Source: Candidatus Woesearchaeota archaeon (lineage in GTDB: Archaea > Nanobdellota > Nanobdellia > Woesearchaeales > GW2011-AR4). From it: a stretch of 64,000 nt of DNA. Both the position numbers and the translations under genes were made by a program. Location: positions 34,940 through 98,939 of the forward strand of contig JACPBQ010000004.1 of NCBI GenBank assembly GCA_016180235.1. Reading direction: 5' to 3'. Each line of letters begins with the position of its first letter. Position 1 is the stretch's first letter. The notes below the pieces were generated by a model. It was given only the letters and a program-made list of their open reading frames with translations, did not search any database and was not told the origin of the DNA. Positions 11,137 to 21,330 of this stretch are shown one piece after another.

Positions 11137-11364
11137 ATGGCAGAATTAGACTTTCAAAAACAAGTTTTAGGGACACTTACTGAAATGAAAAGAAGCATAG
11201 AAACCCTTAGAAAAGATGTTGATTATTTGGCAGGCTATATTGAGGACACTAAATTGACACAAGAAGAAAGAAAGCGGCTTGATGAAAGCATTGCAAAAGT
11301 AGGAGCAGGAGATACTTCTGATTTTGTTTCCTGGAAAGAGGCCAAAAAAGAGCTTGGCATCTAA
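11137..11364 (+). CDS. Putative antitoxin (RelB-like partner)
   Basis: Acidic 75-aa ORF ending VSWKEAKKELGI directly upstream of a RelE-like gene. Confidence 0.7.
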   Translation: MAELDFQKQVLGTLTEMKRSIETLRKDVDYLAGYIEDTKLTQEERKRLDESIAKVGAGDTSDFVSWKEAKKELGI

Positions 11365-11365
11365 A

Positions 11366-11635
11366 ATGTTCTCGGCAGAATTAAAGAAAGCTGCGCTTAA
11401 ATTTCTCAAATCCATAAAGGAAAAAGAACTTCTTAAGAGAATTGGGAATAAAATTAACGATTTGGAGAAAAATCCTTATCCGCAGGATATTGAAAGAGTT
11501 GAAGGCTATAAAGAGGTTAAGGTTTTCAGGGTAAGAGTCGGAGATTATAGGATTCTTTACTTTGTGGATCAAGCTGCCAATAAGATTTATGTTGAAAAAA
11601 TTGATAAGAGGGAAAGGGTTTACAAAAAGAGATGA
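11366..11635 (+). CDS. relE: RelE/ParE family toxin
   Basis: FRVRVGDYRILY...IDKRERVYK; basic 89-aa protein. Confidence 0.9.
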   Translation: MFSAELKKAALKFLKSIKEKELLKRIGNKINDLEKNPYPQDIERVEGYKEVKVFRVRVGDYRILYFVDQAANKIYVEKIDKRERVYKKR

Positions 11636-11738
11636 ATTTTTTCTGGTGAGCATTGTGGCAAACTCAATGGATTCCAAACAACATAAGTTATCAATCCTTT
11701 TAAGTAAATTATTTAAACTATAATTAAAAAATAATGGT

Positions 11739-12212
11739 ATGAAAGATATTGATGGTAAAATATTATTAATAATTGCAGCAGTAGTTTTGTTGAGTTTAGT
11801 AATTATGAATTTTGATATCATCAAAGTTAAAGTGCCAAATTTAACTCTGCAACTGATTATTATTGGCATGATACTATTTGTTTTAGTATTGATCATAGTG
11901 CATACCCCCGGTTTCTTTAAACAAATGCATGGTGAAATGGTGATTCTCGGTGTAGTGATTCTTATGGCTGGTTTTGTATTAGTGTTCACCACCATCCCTT
12001 TAAATTTGATTTCAGATGAAGATGACACTATTTTTCATTCATATAATTTATGTAATTCTATTCTTGGGGAAGCGGCACAACAAATAGGGGACTCAAAGGA
12101 GAAAATTAAAGAATTCTGTCAAACAGCGAATATGCTGTTCTTTTTAGGTGTTTTACTTGTGATTTTTGGGATTATATTATTCATAGTTGGATTAGTCAAA
12201 AAGAAAGGATAA
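11739..12212 (+). CDS. Hypothetical multi-pass membrane protein
   Basis: Four hydrophobic segments; AT-rich DNA. Confidence 0.65.
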   Translation: MKDIDGKILLIIAAVVLLSLVIMNFDIIKVKVPNLTLQLIIIGMILFVLVLIIVHTPGFFKQMHGEMVILGVVILMAGFVLVFTTIPLNLISDEDDTIFHSYNLCNSILGEAAQQIGDSKEKIKEFCQTANMLFFLGVLLVIFGIILFIVGLVKKKG

Positions 12213-12229
12213 GTTTTACCCAAATAAAA

Positions 12230-12823
12230 ATGGAATCTAAATCTGGCGAAGTAGGAATAAAGATAAACAATAATCTCCATATGTATAAAACTAGATGTAT
12301 TGGTGATGAGTCATATAGGTACGTTTTAGAATTGGGACTTAAAGAGAAGAACAATGATAAAAAAATTATGTTTATTCTTAAAAATCCAAGTAAGGCCAAT
12401 TGTGAAGTTTCAGACCCAACACTTGATAGACTAGCAGAATGGACACTTTACCATCAAATTCATAACTTTACAGTTTGTAATATTTATGCCCGTAGAGCTA
12501 CAAAACCAGAAAAATTAAAGGCTTTTAGCCAGAATGAAAGAATAGGAGAGATAAATGACAATAAGATTAAAGATTGCTTAAAAGAGCATAAAGAAGTTAT
12601 TTTAGGTTGGGGAACCCCAAACCCATTGCCTGAAAAAGATTATAATTCTAGAATCGTAGAACTATTGAAATTTGAGGAGATAAAATCTAAAAATTTGTTT
12701 AAGGTTGGGAATTGCTTAAAAGAAGAGTACCCAAAACATCCATTGGGAATGTGGAGCCATAAAATGGAAAAATTGTCTTTCAATATTCAAAAAGCATTAG
12801 ATTCGTTAAGAGATGAGTTATAA
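12230..12823 (+). CDS. DUF1643 family protein
   Basis: FILKNPSKA...DPTL, NIY..RATKP, ILGWG, PKHPL pattern. Confidence 0.75.
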   Translation: MESKSGEVGIKINNNLHMYKTRCIGDESYRYVLELGLKEKNNDKKIMFILKNPSKANCEVSDPTLDRLAEWTLYHQIHNFTVCNIYARRATKPEKLKAFSQNERIGEINDNKIKDCLKEHKEVILGWGTPNPLPEKDYNSRIVELLKFEEIKSKNLFKVGNCLKEEYPKHPLGMWSHKMEKLSFNIQKALDSLRDEL

Positions 12824-12972
12824 TTCCTCAAAAGGGGGCTTTGTTGGTAATTCTTATTATTTTCCCTATTGAAAATATAAGTCATAATAGATAATGTGGG
12901 CAAAATGCCAGATAACAAAATTTAACAGATTTTTGGATTAATATTATAAATCTGTGCTGTTTTCTTTCTTTT

Positions 12973-13731
12973 ATGACCCTATATTTCATAGGAATAGGCC
13001 TTAATGACGAAAAAGACATAAGCGTAAAAGGACTTGAGTTGGTAAAAAAGTCCGATTTTGTATATTTGGAAAACTACACTTCCAAGCTTAACTGCAACCT
13101 TAAATATTTAGAGGAATTATACGGGAAAAAAATTATTATTGCAGATAGGAAATTGGTTGAGATGGATGCTGAGAAAACAATACTGGAGCAGGCAAAGACA
13201 AAGGAAGTTGCTTTTTTGATTGTAGGGGATGTTTTTTCAGCAACAACGCATATGGACCTTTATCTGAGAGCCAAAAAAATGGCCATCAAGACGGGGATTG
13301 TGCATAATGCTTCTGTCTTGACTGCTGTTGGGGTTACCGGGTTACAGCTCTATAAGTTTGGCAAAACTACAAGCATTCCAATAAACAATGAGAATGTAGA
13401 GACACCCTATGATGCTCTAAAAGACAATCAAAAAAATAATTTGCATACCCTATTCATCCTGGATTTGAAGGAGGAGTCTAATGATAGCTTAAGCGTCAAT
13501 GATGCGATAAGGTACCTGCTTAAGGTTGAGATGAAAAGGGGCGAGAGGATTTTTACTGACAATACGTTGTGTGTCGGATGCGCTAAAATTGGAAGTTTGG
13601 ATCAGATAATCAAAGCCGGCAAGGCAAAAGAATTATTGAAATTTGACTTTAAGAAAGGAATGCAGTGCCTAATAGTGCCTGCAAAGCAATTGCATTTCAT
13701 GGAAGAAGAAGCCATAAAGACATATTTCTAG
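12973..13731 (+). CDS. dph5: Diphthine synthase
   Basis: LYFIGIGL, LENYTS, GDVFSATTH, GLQLYKFGKTTSIP, LHTLFILD. Confidence 0.96.
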   Translation: MTLYFIGIGLNDEKDISVKGLELVKKSDFVYLENYTSKLNCNLKYLEELYGKKIIIADRKLVEMDAEKTILEQAKTKEVAFLIVGDVFSATTHMDLYLRAKKMAIKTGIVHNASVLTAVGVTGLQLYKFGKTTSIPINNENVETPYDALKDNQKNNLHTLFILDLKEESNDSLSVNDAIRYLLKVEMKRGERIFTDNTLCVGCAKIGSLDQIIKAGKAKELLKFDFKKGMQCLIVPAKQLHFMEEEAIKTYF

Positions 13732-14123
13732 AGGCAATGGCCTTCCTCGCAGCCGTTTCTGCATAAAAAGTGCCTTTGTTTTGGCTCCTCATCCTCGCAG
13801 TAGAATTCCCACAGCCAGTTGAAGTTCTGGCAGTAATCGTCAAATTCAAATCTTGAGGCATTATCATAATATCCGAAGACTTTTCCCTGTTCCCACCTTA
13901 TAATTCCCTTATCAGTGTCATGGCATAGCCTTACTGTTGTGATGTTTTCTTCCTGCGGCTTTTTTTCAATCTCCCCAACCTTGTAAGCGTACGCAGTTAC
14001 TTTACCTGTATCATCTTCCGTTACAGCAGCTTCCCCATTCCCGCAGCCATAAATAAAAACAATAGGAACAAGAACCAATAAGAAGCATGATATTTTTGCC
14101 ATAATCCGTGCTATTGGCCACAT
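13728..14123 (-). CDS. Putative lipoprotein with Cys-rich C-terminal domain
   Basis: Hydrophobic signal ending FIYGC; CHDTDKG...DYC...EFYC...CRNGCEEGHC. Confidence 0.65.
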   Translation of the reverse strand: MWPIARIMAKISCFLLVLVPIVFIYGCGNGEAAVTEDDTGKVTAYAYKVGEIEKKPQEENITTVRLCHDTDKGIIRWEQGKVFGYYDNASRFEFDDYCQNFNWLWEFYCEDEEPKQRHFLCRNGCEEGHCL

Positions 14124-14198
14124 TGTATAAATAATTTTTGCTGATTTGAGTATATGTAGGATAATTTTATAAATTAATCATCATATCAATTGCCTTAC

Positions 14199-14299
14199 AG
14201 CCCCGTGGTGTAGTGGTCAAGCATAGGGGATTTTGGTGGCAGAAACAGTAAAACTGCCGGAAAGATCCTCTGACCCAGGTTCGAATCCTGGCGGGGCTA
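14199..14299 (+). tRNA. tRNA-Gln(TTG) with 28-nt canonical 37/38 intron (14237..14264)
   Basis: Acceptor AGCCCCG/CGGGGCT, anticodon arm GGGGA-TT-TTG-G[intron]A-TCCTC, T-arm CCAGG-TTCGAAT-CCTGG; the intron forms a BHB (GGCAG/CTGCC stem, TTTT/GGAA central helix). Confidence 0.93.
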
Positions 14300-14312
14300 C
14301 TTTATTTTTAAG

Positions 14313-15230
14313 ATGCAAGAAGAAGTTAAATTAAACAAATTCAAAATTGAAGACAAGGGAATATTTGACAAAGCCTATTCTTCTTTGAAATTTCCCCTGG
14401 CAGAGCACAGCTTTGCATGGATTTACCTATGGCATGGATGCTATAAGGACATTGAATGGGCGGAAATAAATGGTAATTTGTGCCTGTTCATCACATTTCT
14501 CGGAAACAGGCATGTATGGGGCCCTGTGCTGTCAGGCAATAAGCTAAGGGATACAATAAAAAAATCCTTTGAAATCTGCAAAGAGTACAATAAAAAAAAC
14601 AATATCGGCAAAAAACCGGCATTGATGTACGTTCCGGAGGAGCTGAAAGAGGCTTATTCTGAAATTGACGGATTTAAGCTGATACACCAGAACCAGGATT
14701 ATATCTACAGGAGAAAGGATATCATAGAACTAAAAGGGGATAAGTACAAGGACAAGAGAAATTTAAGGAATTATTTTATCAAGAATTATGAGTATAGGGT
14801 TGAGGAATATGAAAAAAGCAGGCACATGAAAGGGTGCGTTGAGATTCTTGACAAGTGGAACAAGCAAAAGCTTGAGGTAATAAATAAAGATGACCGTGAA
14901 AGCCTACAGGACGAGTATGATGCAAACCTCAAAGTGCTTGAGCTTGCTGAGGCTTTTGGCCTCAAAGGAGTTGTTGTTTATGTTGATGACAGGATACAGG
15001 GATATACTTTCGGAGAGCAGACAAACAAAAACATGTGCACAGATTTCTTTGAAAAGACCAACCTTAACATAAAAGGGCTTTCCGTATTCATATATGGAGA
15101 GCTGTTAAAGCTCTTTGAAGGAGAGCTTGTAAATGCCGGAGAGGACTGGGGCGTTGATTACCTAAAGACAATAAAGCTCTCCTACCATCCGCTCATGATA
15201 AGGAAAAGCTATACCCTGGAAAAGGAATAA
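14313..15230 (+). CDS. Stand-alone DUF2156 (aminoacyl-tRNA transferase / LPG synthase C-terminal-like) protein
   Basis: DYIY...LKGDKYKDKRNLRNYF, FEKTN, NAGEDWG..L..IKLSYHP; no TM segment. Confidence 0.8.
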   Translation: MQEEVKLNKFKIEDKGIFDKAYSSLKFPLAEHSFAWIYLWHGCYKDIEWAEINGNLCLFITFLGNRHVWGPVLSGNKLRDTIKKSFEICKEYNKKNNIGKKPALMYVPEELKEAYSEIDGFKLIHQNQDYIYRRKDIIELKGDKYKDKRNLRNYFIKNYEYRVEEYEKSRHMKGCVEILDKWNKQKLEVINKDDRESLQDEYDANLKVLELAEAFGLKGVVVYVDDRIQGYTFGEQTNKNMCTDFFEKTNLNIKGLSVFIYGELLKLFEGELVNAGEDWGVDYLKTIKLSYHPLMIRKSYTLEKE

Positions 15231-15320
15231 CGAAAACTGCGGGTTTTCCGGATTGAAAATTCCTCAATAAATGCCTAAATTTTCAATAAATATAAAAATC
15301 GCTTATTGTTTCTCAAGACT

Positions 15321-17798
15321 ATGGCTGATTTGAACAAGATTGCAAAAAAATGGCAGAAGAAGTGGGAAGAGGAGGGAATATTCAGGGCAAAAGAAGACAG
15401 CAAGAAAAAAAAGTTCTATTGCCTGGAGATGTATCCATATCCATCCTCAACTCTCCACATGGGCCATCTAAGGAATTATTCTTTGGGGGATGCGCTTGCA
15501 CGCTTTAAAAGAATGAAAGGGTTTAATGTCCTTTATCCCATGGGCTATGATGCTTTTGGGCTGCCAGCAGAGAATGCTGCCATAAAGAACAAAATAAACC
15601 CGGAGAAATGGACATGGGACAACATAAACCACATCAAGAAGCAGCAGAAAGACATGGGATTCAGCTATGACTGGGATAGGCAGATACAGAGCTGCTCTGA
15701 GGATTATTACAAGTGGAACCAGTGGATTTTCCTTAAGTTCTATGAGAAAGGCCTTGCATACAGGAAAAATGCGGTTGTGAACTGGTGCCAAAGCTGCGGC
15801 ACTGTCCTGGCCAATGAGCAGGTTGAAGACGGGAAGTGCTGGAGATGCAAGAATGATGTCACGGAAAAAGAGCTTGAGCAGTGGTTTTTCAGGATTACAA
15901 AATATGCCGATCAGCTCCTTAATGATATCGATAAGCTGGAGCACTGGCCTGAAAGGGTCAAGGTAATGCAGAGGAACTGGATCGGGAAAAGCCATGGTGT
16001 AGAGATTTTCTTTAAAGTAAAAGAAACAGGAGAATCCATACCAACATTCACCACCCGGCCAGATACTATCTACAGCGCTACATTCGTTGTCGTGTCTCCT
16101 GAGAATCCAAAAGTGCTTGAGTGGGTGCAAGGCACAAAATACGAGAAAGAGGCCCTTGAGGCCATTAAGAAAATCAAAAAACAGACTATTGCCGAGAGAA
16201 CATCCCCCGAAGGAAAAGACAAAATCGGATGCTTTCTTGGGATGCATGCTATAAACCCAGTAAATGGAGAGGAAATCCCGATATATATGGCAAATTTTGT
16301 AATTTCAGAGTACGGCACGGGATTCGTGATGGCTGATGCGCATGACCAGAGGGACTTTGAATTTGCACAGAAATATGGAATCGGGCTGAAATTCGTGATT
16401 TCCAAAGACGGCAAAAAAACCAATGCCGATAAGGCTAAGGAGGCTTACACAGAAGACGGGATACTCTTTGATTCCGGAGAATTTTCAGGCATGAACAACA
16501 GGGATGCTATTGCGCCGATTTCCGATTGGATGGAAAAGAAGAAATTCGGCAAAAAAAGCATACAGTTCAAGATAAGAGACTGGCTTGTTTCAAGGCAGAG
16601 ATACTGGGGAACTCCGATACCATTCATACACTGCGGGAAATGCGGCATTGTCCCTGTGGATTATAATGACATGCCTGTCAAATTGCCTAAGCCTGATAAA
16701 TGCAAGTTTACCGGAGAAGGCAATCCTTTAGAGACTTGCAAGGAGTTTATCGATGTCAAATGCCCGAAATGCAATGGAAAGGCAAAAAGAGAAACAGACA
16801 CCATGGATACTTTTGTCGACAGCTCGTGGTATTTTTTGAGGTATTGCAGCCCGAAATATGACAAAGGGCCTTTTGACAAGAAAAAGGCTGATTACTGGAT
16901 GCCGGTAAACCAGTATATTGGCGGCATAGAGCATGCGATACTTCATTTGCTTTATGCAAGGTTCTTTACCAAAGCCCTTAGAGACCTGAAGCTTGTAGAT
17001 GCTGATGAGCCGTTTTCAAGGCTGCTTACACAGGGGATGGTAATAAAAGACGGGGCTAAGATGAGCAAAAGCCTTGGAAATGTCGTTGACCCTGCCGAGA
17101 TAACGGAAAAATACGGCCCGGATACAGGAAGGCTGTTTATACTTTTTGCTGCTTTGCCTGAGAAAGAGCTGGACTGGAATGACAAGGGCGTAAATGGAAC
17201 CCATAAATTTTTGCAGAGAGTCGATAGCCTGCATGGAAATGTTGATGCTATTAAGGCAGATGCCCGCATCCTGAACAAGATGCACAGGACCATAAGAAAT
17301 GCAAGCCAAAGCATGGATGATATTGAATTTAACAAGGCTATTGTCGAGCTGTATGGCTATGTTGATTACCTCTCTGCACTGGAAAAAATCCCAAAAGAGG
17401 CTTTTGAAACACTGCTTCTGCTTTTGGCTCCTTTTGCCCCGCACTTGTGCGAGGAATTGTGGGAAAAGCTGGGAAACAAGGGATTTATTTCACTGGAAAA
17501 ATGGCCTGAATTTGACAAAAGCAAGATAAGCGACCAAGTTGAGAAAGAAGAGCAATTAATGGAAAATACAATCAGCGATATAAGGAGCGTCTTAAAGCTG
17601 GTCAAGACAGAGCCTAAAAGATCCTATTTGTATGCGATACCCAATGAAAAAAAATTGTTTTTGGACAATAAAGATATGCTAAAAAGGAGGCTGGGCATGG
17701 AAATAGCGGTTTATGCAGTCAATGACAAGGATATTTATGACCCACAAGGAAAGGCCAGGAAGGCAAAGCCCGGAAAGCCTGCGCTTTTTTTAGAATAA
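15321..17798 (+). CDS. leuS: Leucyl-tRNA synthetase, bacterial-type core
   Basis: [66 protein letters not shown]. Confidence 0.97.
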   Translation: MADLNKIAKKWQKKWEEEGIFRAKEDSKKKKFYCLEMYPYPSSTLHMGHLRNYSLGDALARFKRMKGFNVLYPMGYDAFGLPAENAAIKNKINPEKWTWDNINHIKKQQKDMGFSYDWDRQIQSCSEDYYKWNQWIFLKFYEKGLAYRKNAVVNWCQSCGTVLANEQVEDGKCWRCKNDVTEKELEQWFFRITKYADQLLNDIDKLEHWPERVKVMQRNWIGKSHGVEIFFKVKETGESIPTFTTRPDTIYSATFVVVSPENPKVLEWVQGTKYEKEALEAIKKIKKQTIAERTSPEGKDKIGCFLGMHAINPVNGEEIPIYMANFVISEYGTGFVMADAHDQRDFEFAQKYGIGLKFVISKDGKKTNADKAKEAYTEDGILFDSGEFSGMNNRDAIAPISDWMEKKKFGKKSIQFKIRDWLVSRQRYWGTPIPFIHCGKCGIVPVDYNDMPVKLPKPDKCKFTGEGNPLETCKEFIDVKCPKCNGKAKRETDTMDTFVDSSWYFLRYCSPKYDKGPFDKKKADYWMPVNQYIGGIEHAILHLLYARFFTKALRDLKLVDADEPFSRLLTQGMVIKDGAKMSKSLGNVVDPAEITEKYGPDTGRLFILFAALPEKELDWNDKGVNGTHKFLQRVDSLHGNVDAIKADARILNKMHRTIRNASQSMDDIEFNKAIVELYGYVDYLSALEKIPKEAFETLLLLLAPFAPHLCEELWEKLGNKGFISLEKWPEFDKSKISDQVEKEEQLMENTISDIRSVLKLVKTEPKRSYLYAIPNEKKLFLDNKDMLKRRLGMEIAVYAVNDKDIYDPQGKARKAKPGKPALFLE

Positions 17799-17799
17799 T

Positions 17800-18693
17800 A
17801 TGACCATAGTAATTCTCGGTGCCGGAGGCATAGGCAGCTTAATTGGGGGCTTTCTTAGCAAGCAAAATGATGTCCTTTTAGTCGGAAGAAGATCCCATAT
17901 AGATAAAATCAACAGGAAAGGCCTGGAAATTACAGGTTCTGTCAATGAAAATTTTAAAGTAAACGCGACAACAAAAATCATCTCAATCAATGAAAATGAC
18001 CTGATTGTCCTGACAACCAAAGCAACAGACAACAAAAGATCATTGGATGAGATAAAGCATTTAATCAGGAAAAGCAATACAGTCTTATGCCTGCAAAACG
18101 GCCTTGGAAACGAAGAACAAATAAAAAAAATCGTAGATTGCCGCGTTGTAAGGGGAATCATAACTGCAGGAGTAACTTTTTTAGAGCCGGGAAAGGTCGT
18201 CTGCAGCAACCTTGGAAATATTTTTTTAGAAGACTCTGATGCTTCTGAAAAAATTGCTGATATGCTTAATGAATCAGGCTTAGATGCGGAAATCAGAAAA
18301 GACATCAAAAAGCTCATATGGAAAAAACTGATACTGAACTGCGTATTGAATCCTTTAACGGCTATCCTTAAAGTGGAGAATAATGGAATTTCTGATGTCC
18401 TTGATGTTGCCAAAATGATAAGTGATGAGGCTGTTGAAGCTGCAAAAACACAGCATATAGACTTCAACAAATATAAAGTCTTCAGGGATGTTTGTAGAGT
18501 CATCAACAGCGCTGGAAGCAATAAATCGTCAATGCTTCAGGATATCCTGAAAGGAAGAAAAACCGAAATTGACTTTTTAAACGGCAGGATAGCTGAAATT
18601 GCAGAAAAACACAAGATTGGTGCGCCTGTCAACATGGCTTTAACGGATATTATCAGGTTTTTGGAGAATAAAAAATTAAAAACAAAAATTTAA
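17800..18693 (+). CDS. panE: 2-dehydropantoate 2-reductase
   Basis: GAGGIG, LQNGLG, WKKLILN, SSMLQD...TEIDFLNG. Confidence 0.93.
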   Translation: MTIVILGAGGIGSLIGGFLSKQNDVLLVGRRSHIDKINRKGLEITGSVNENFKVNATTKIISINENDLIVLTTKATDNKRSLDEIKHLIRKSNTVLCLQNGLGNEEQIKKIVDCRVVRGIITAGVTFLEPGKVVCSNLGNIFLEDSDASEKIADMLNESGLDAEIRKDIKKLIWKKLILNCVLNPLTAILKVENNGISDVLDVAKMISDEAVEAAKTQHIDFNKYKVFRDVCRVINSAGSNKSSMLQDILKGRKTEIDFLNGRIAEIAEKHKIGAPVNMALTDIIRFLENKKLKTKI

Positions 18694-18718
18694 ATAACCC
18701 TGAGGTCGCTGATTCCAT

Positions 18719-19519
18719 ATGAAAATCGGGAAAGCCTTGATAGTGTACACAAAGCCGAAAAGAAAGGAAGAGAAAGAAGCCCTGGATCACATAAAGGGCA
18801 CGCTTAAAAAATATGATATAAAATATAAAATCAGGAAAAGGGAAAAGCTCAAGGCAAAATTCTTCAGGAATATGGACCTGATTTTAGCTTTTGGCGGAGA
18901 CGGCACTTTCCTGATGGCCTCCCATTATGTCCTGGACAAAGTTCCGATGTTCGGCATTAATTCTGACCCTTCAACCAAAGAAGGATTCTTCATGACCGCG
19001 AATAATGATGATTTTGAAAAAAAACTCAGGAGAATAATCAACAACAGCTTTAAAATAAAAAAACTCCAGAGACTGGAAGCATACATAGGGAAAAAAAGAA
19101 TTCCTGATTTGGCCTTGAATGAATACTATGTTGCTTCGGAAAAGCCCTATCATACTGCGCGCTACTATCTAAATGTAAGAGGAAAGAGGGAGAGGCAGAA
19201 AAGCTCGGGCGTCCTGGTAAGCACTGCTGCAGGAAGCTATGCATGGGTAAAAAGCGCCGGAGGGAAAGAATTGCCGTTATATTCTGATGATTTTGAGTAT
19301 ATAATAAGGGAGCCTTATTGCGGAAGGACAGCTGCAAAATGCAGGCTCTTCAACGATATACTTAAGAAATACGAGAAAATTGTGATTGAGTTTGAGATTG
19401 GCAATGGAATAATAATTGCGGATTCAACCGCTACCGAGCACAAGTTCAAGGCTGGGGAAAAAGTCACGATAAGATTGTCAAAAAAGCCGCTGAATGTGAT
19501 TTCTTTTGATAATAGATGA
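18719..19519 (+). CDS. nadK: NAD kinase
   Basis: GGDGT, ALNE, SSGVLVSTAAGSYAW. Confidence 0.9.
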   Translation: MKIGKALIVYTKPKRKEEKEALDHIKGTLKKYDIKYKIRKREKLKAKFFRNMDLILAFGGDGTFLMASHYVLDKVPMFGINSDPSTKEGFFMTANNDDFEKKLRRIINNSFKIKKLQRLEAYIGKKRIPDLALNEYYVASEKPYHTARYYLNVRGKRERQKSSGVLVSTAAGSYAWVKSAGGKELPLYSDDFEYIIREPYCGRTAAKCRLFNDILKKYEKIVIEFEIGNGIIIADSTATEHKFKAGEKVTIRLSKKPLNVISFDNR

Positions 19520-19615
19520 TGGGTTATTGATTTATTTTAAGTCTTAAACTTTTTAATTTATCCATTGCTTTATTCATATCTTTTTCCTTTTTTGATGTAA
19601 TTGTCAGCTTTCATT

Positions 19616-19903
19616 TTATTCCGGCGGTATGTTCAAGAATCTATAAATTTCCTCCTTTTTTCTAGGATTCAAAGAAATGTGCCATTCCCCAGTTTTCTTT
19701 AATTTTGTTAAAAATTCCAATTTGTATAGTTCTTCTATTGCCTTATCAACAACTTTTGTTCCTCGTAAATGCGATGGCAGGCCTTTTATCAGATTATCTT
19801 CCCCTGTATGCGAGTTTCCCCACTTAGCCGGTTTCATAGACATTAATTTTCTCAAAATTTTTTCTTGAATTGCCCTTTTTTCCACAGCGAGGATGAAGTA
19901 CAA
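19616..19903 (-). CDS. Small basic winged-helix-like protein (WG..HT...L.K.LP.H.RG family), paralog of 25488..25745
   Basis: Clear alignment by eye to 25488..25745; start may be GTG at 19885. Confidence 0.75.
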   Translation of the reverse strand: MYFILAVEKRAIQEKILRKLMSMKPAKWGNSHTGEDNLIKGLPSHLRGTKVVDKAIEELYKLEFLTKLKKTGEWHISLNPRKKEEIYRFLNIPPE

Positions 19904-19994
19904 TTCCTATATAAACATTTTCTTTTATTAAGGTATATTAATATACCAAAATAGAAAGTTTTAAATATCACATACATACTCACATACATATACA

Positions 19995-20360
19995 ATGAAA
20001 GAAACACGCAAAAATCAAAGATTTTTGATGTCTCATAAAGAGACAACCATATTTAGGGAAGCTTTGGGCGATAACCCGGTAATTAGGGTTTTAGACTTTT
20101 TAATAGAGGGAAGAGGCTTGGATTATTCTTTATCAGATATCGCAGAAAATTCCAATATAGGATGGACAACTTTGCATAGGATTTGGGATAGATTATTAAA
20201 ATTGGAGATTGTAATTTCCACAAGAGAGATTGGAAGAGCAAAGCTGTTTAAGCTGAACGATGGGAATAAAGCTGTCAAAGAGCTGATAAGGCTTTACGAT
20301 ACCTTGCTTTACCAGGAAACTGAAAAACATCTGTCAAAAAGATTAATTGCCAAGATTTGA
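19995..20360 (+). CDS. Winged-helix HTH protein, paralog of 25069..25383
   Basis: P.IRVLDFLIEGRGLDYSLSDIAE.S.IG.TTL.RIW...TREIGRAKLFKLN. Confidence 0.8.
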   Translation: MKETRKNQRFLMSHKETTIFREALGDNPVIRVLDFLIEGRGLDYSLSDIAENSNIGWTTLHRIWDRLLKLEIVISTREIGRAKLFKLNDGNKAVKELIRLYDTLLYQETEKHLSKRLIAKI

Positions 20361-20377
20361 TTTTTTAATGAAAATAA

Positions 20378-20654
20378 GTAGGCAGGCACGCCTGGAAATT
20401 GACACAGGCAAAACAAAGCAGCTTACCCTGATTTATCCTCGGTTCCGCTACCCCATGAGCACCGCATCTAAAGATTACGGCTGCTTCCTTCCAGACCTGA
20501 CCGGTTTTTCAAAAGATACAGTCCCACAGGACAGAACTTCATGGTCAAAACCAAGACCACTCTGCAATGCAAATGCCTCTTTTCAAGCTTCGGCTCTCTC
20601 ATAAAGCCCATTTAGAGTTACAGCGCAGGGCCAACGCGCCAGCCTAGCCTGCCC
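20378..20654 (-). ncRNA. ffs: Archaeal SRP (7S) RNA
   Basis: Minus strand begins GGGCAGGCTAGGC, contains helix-8 CAGGTCTGGAAGGAAGCAGC, and ends GCCTGCCTAC complementary to the 5' end. Confidence 0.92.
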
Positions 20655-20697
20655 GTCAGCAGTATAGTAAGGTATTTTTTAAAGGTTTTGCTTAAGT

Positions 20698-21207
20698 TTA
20701 AGTTTTTTTAGTAGCTTGTTCTAATTTTTTATCAAAGAGATACAAAACAATGATTTTGTTTCCAGGATGAACAATTTCAAAATCCGTTGAAAAAGTAACC
20801 AAAGAGTGTAATCCACAGTCTGGTCCTGGATCTTCCATACCTAATAATTTATCCCTGCTGTAAGGTTTACCTTTTAATGCTGCGTCTATTTTTTCACCAT
20901 AAGCGTAACCTTTTCCTTCATCGGTTACTTCTAGTACAATTCCTTTTGCGCCAAAGTATACATTGACATGCACAAATTTGCCTTCTTTGTTTTTATTACC
21001 ATACCATTCTGCATTTAGAGAAAGTTCTCCAGCCAGGCACAGTATTTCTTCTAACTCCGATATTTTTCCATCAAATCGCTTTTGGAACTCCCTTTGGACA
21101 TCTTCCTTAACACCCCAGTTCACATATTTAAAGGGGTTGGATTCATATTTCCCCCTAAATATATCTCCATTATGCTCGATTTGTTTTAAAAAATCTGGAA
21201 GTTTCAT
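20698..21207 (-). CDS. GHKL/HATPase_c domain protein, RsbW/SpoIIAB-like
   Basis: ELSLNAEWYGN (N box), EVTDEGKGY (G1), CGLHSL (G2-like), PGNKIIV (G3). Confidence 0.7.
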   Translation of the reverse strand: MKLPDFLKQIEHNGDIFRGKYESNPFKYVNWGVKEDVQREFQKRFDGKISELEEILCLAGELSLNAEWYGNKNKEGKFVHVNVYFGAKGIVLEVTDEGKGYAYGEKIDAALKGKPYSRDKLLGMEDPGPDCGLHSLVTFSTDFEIVHPGNKIIVLYLFDKKLEQATKKT

Positions 21208-21330
21208 ACCATTCAGGATTTTAAATTATATTTAAAAATGTTTCGATTTTGTAACTACTACTAAATAATTATTTATTTTAACTAAATTTATTTTATCAGA
21301 AAAACTTATTAGAAAACTTTATAATGTAGT

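Noticed and set aside
20347-20604. 85-aa plus-strand ORF
   Set aside because: Antisense to the SRP RNA.
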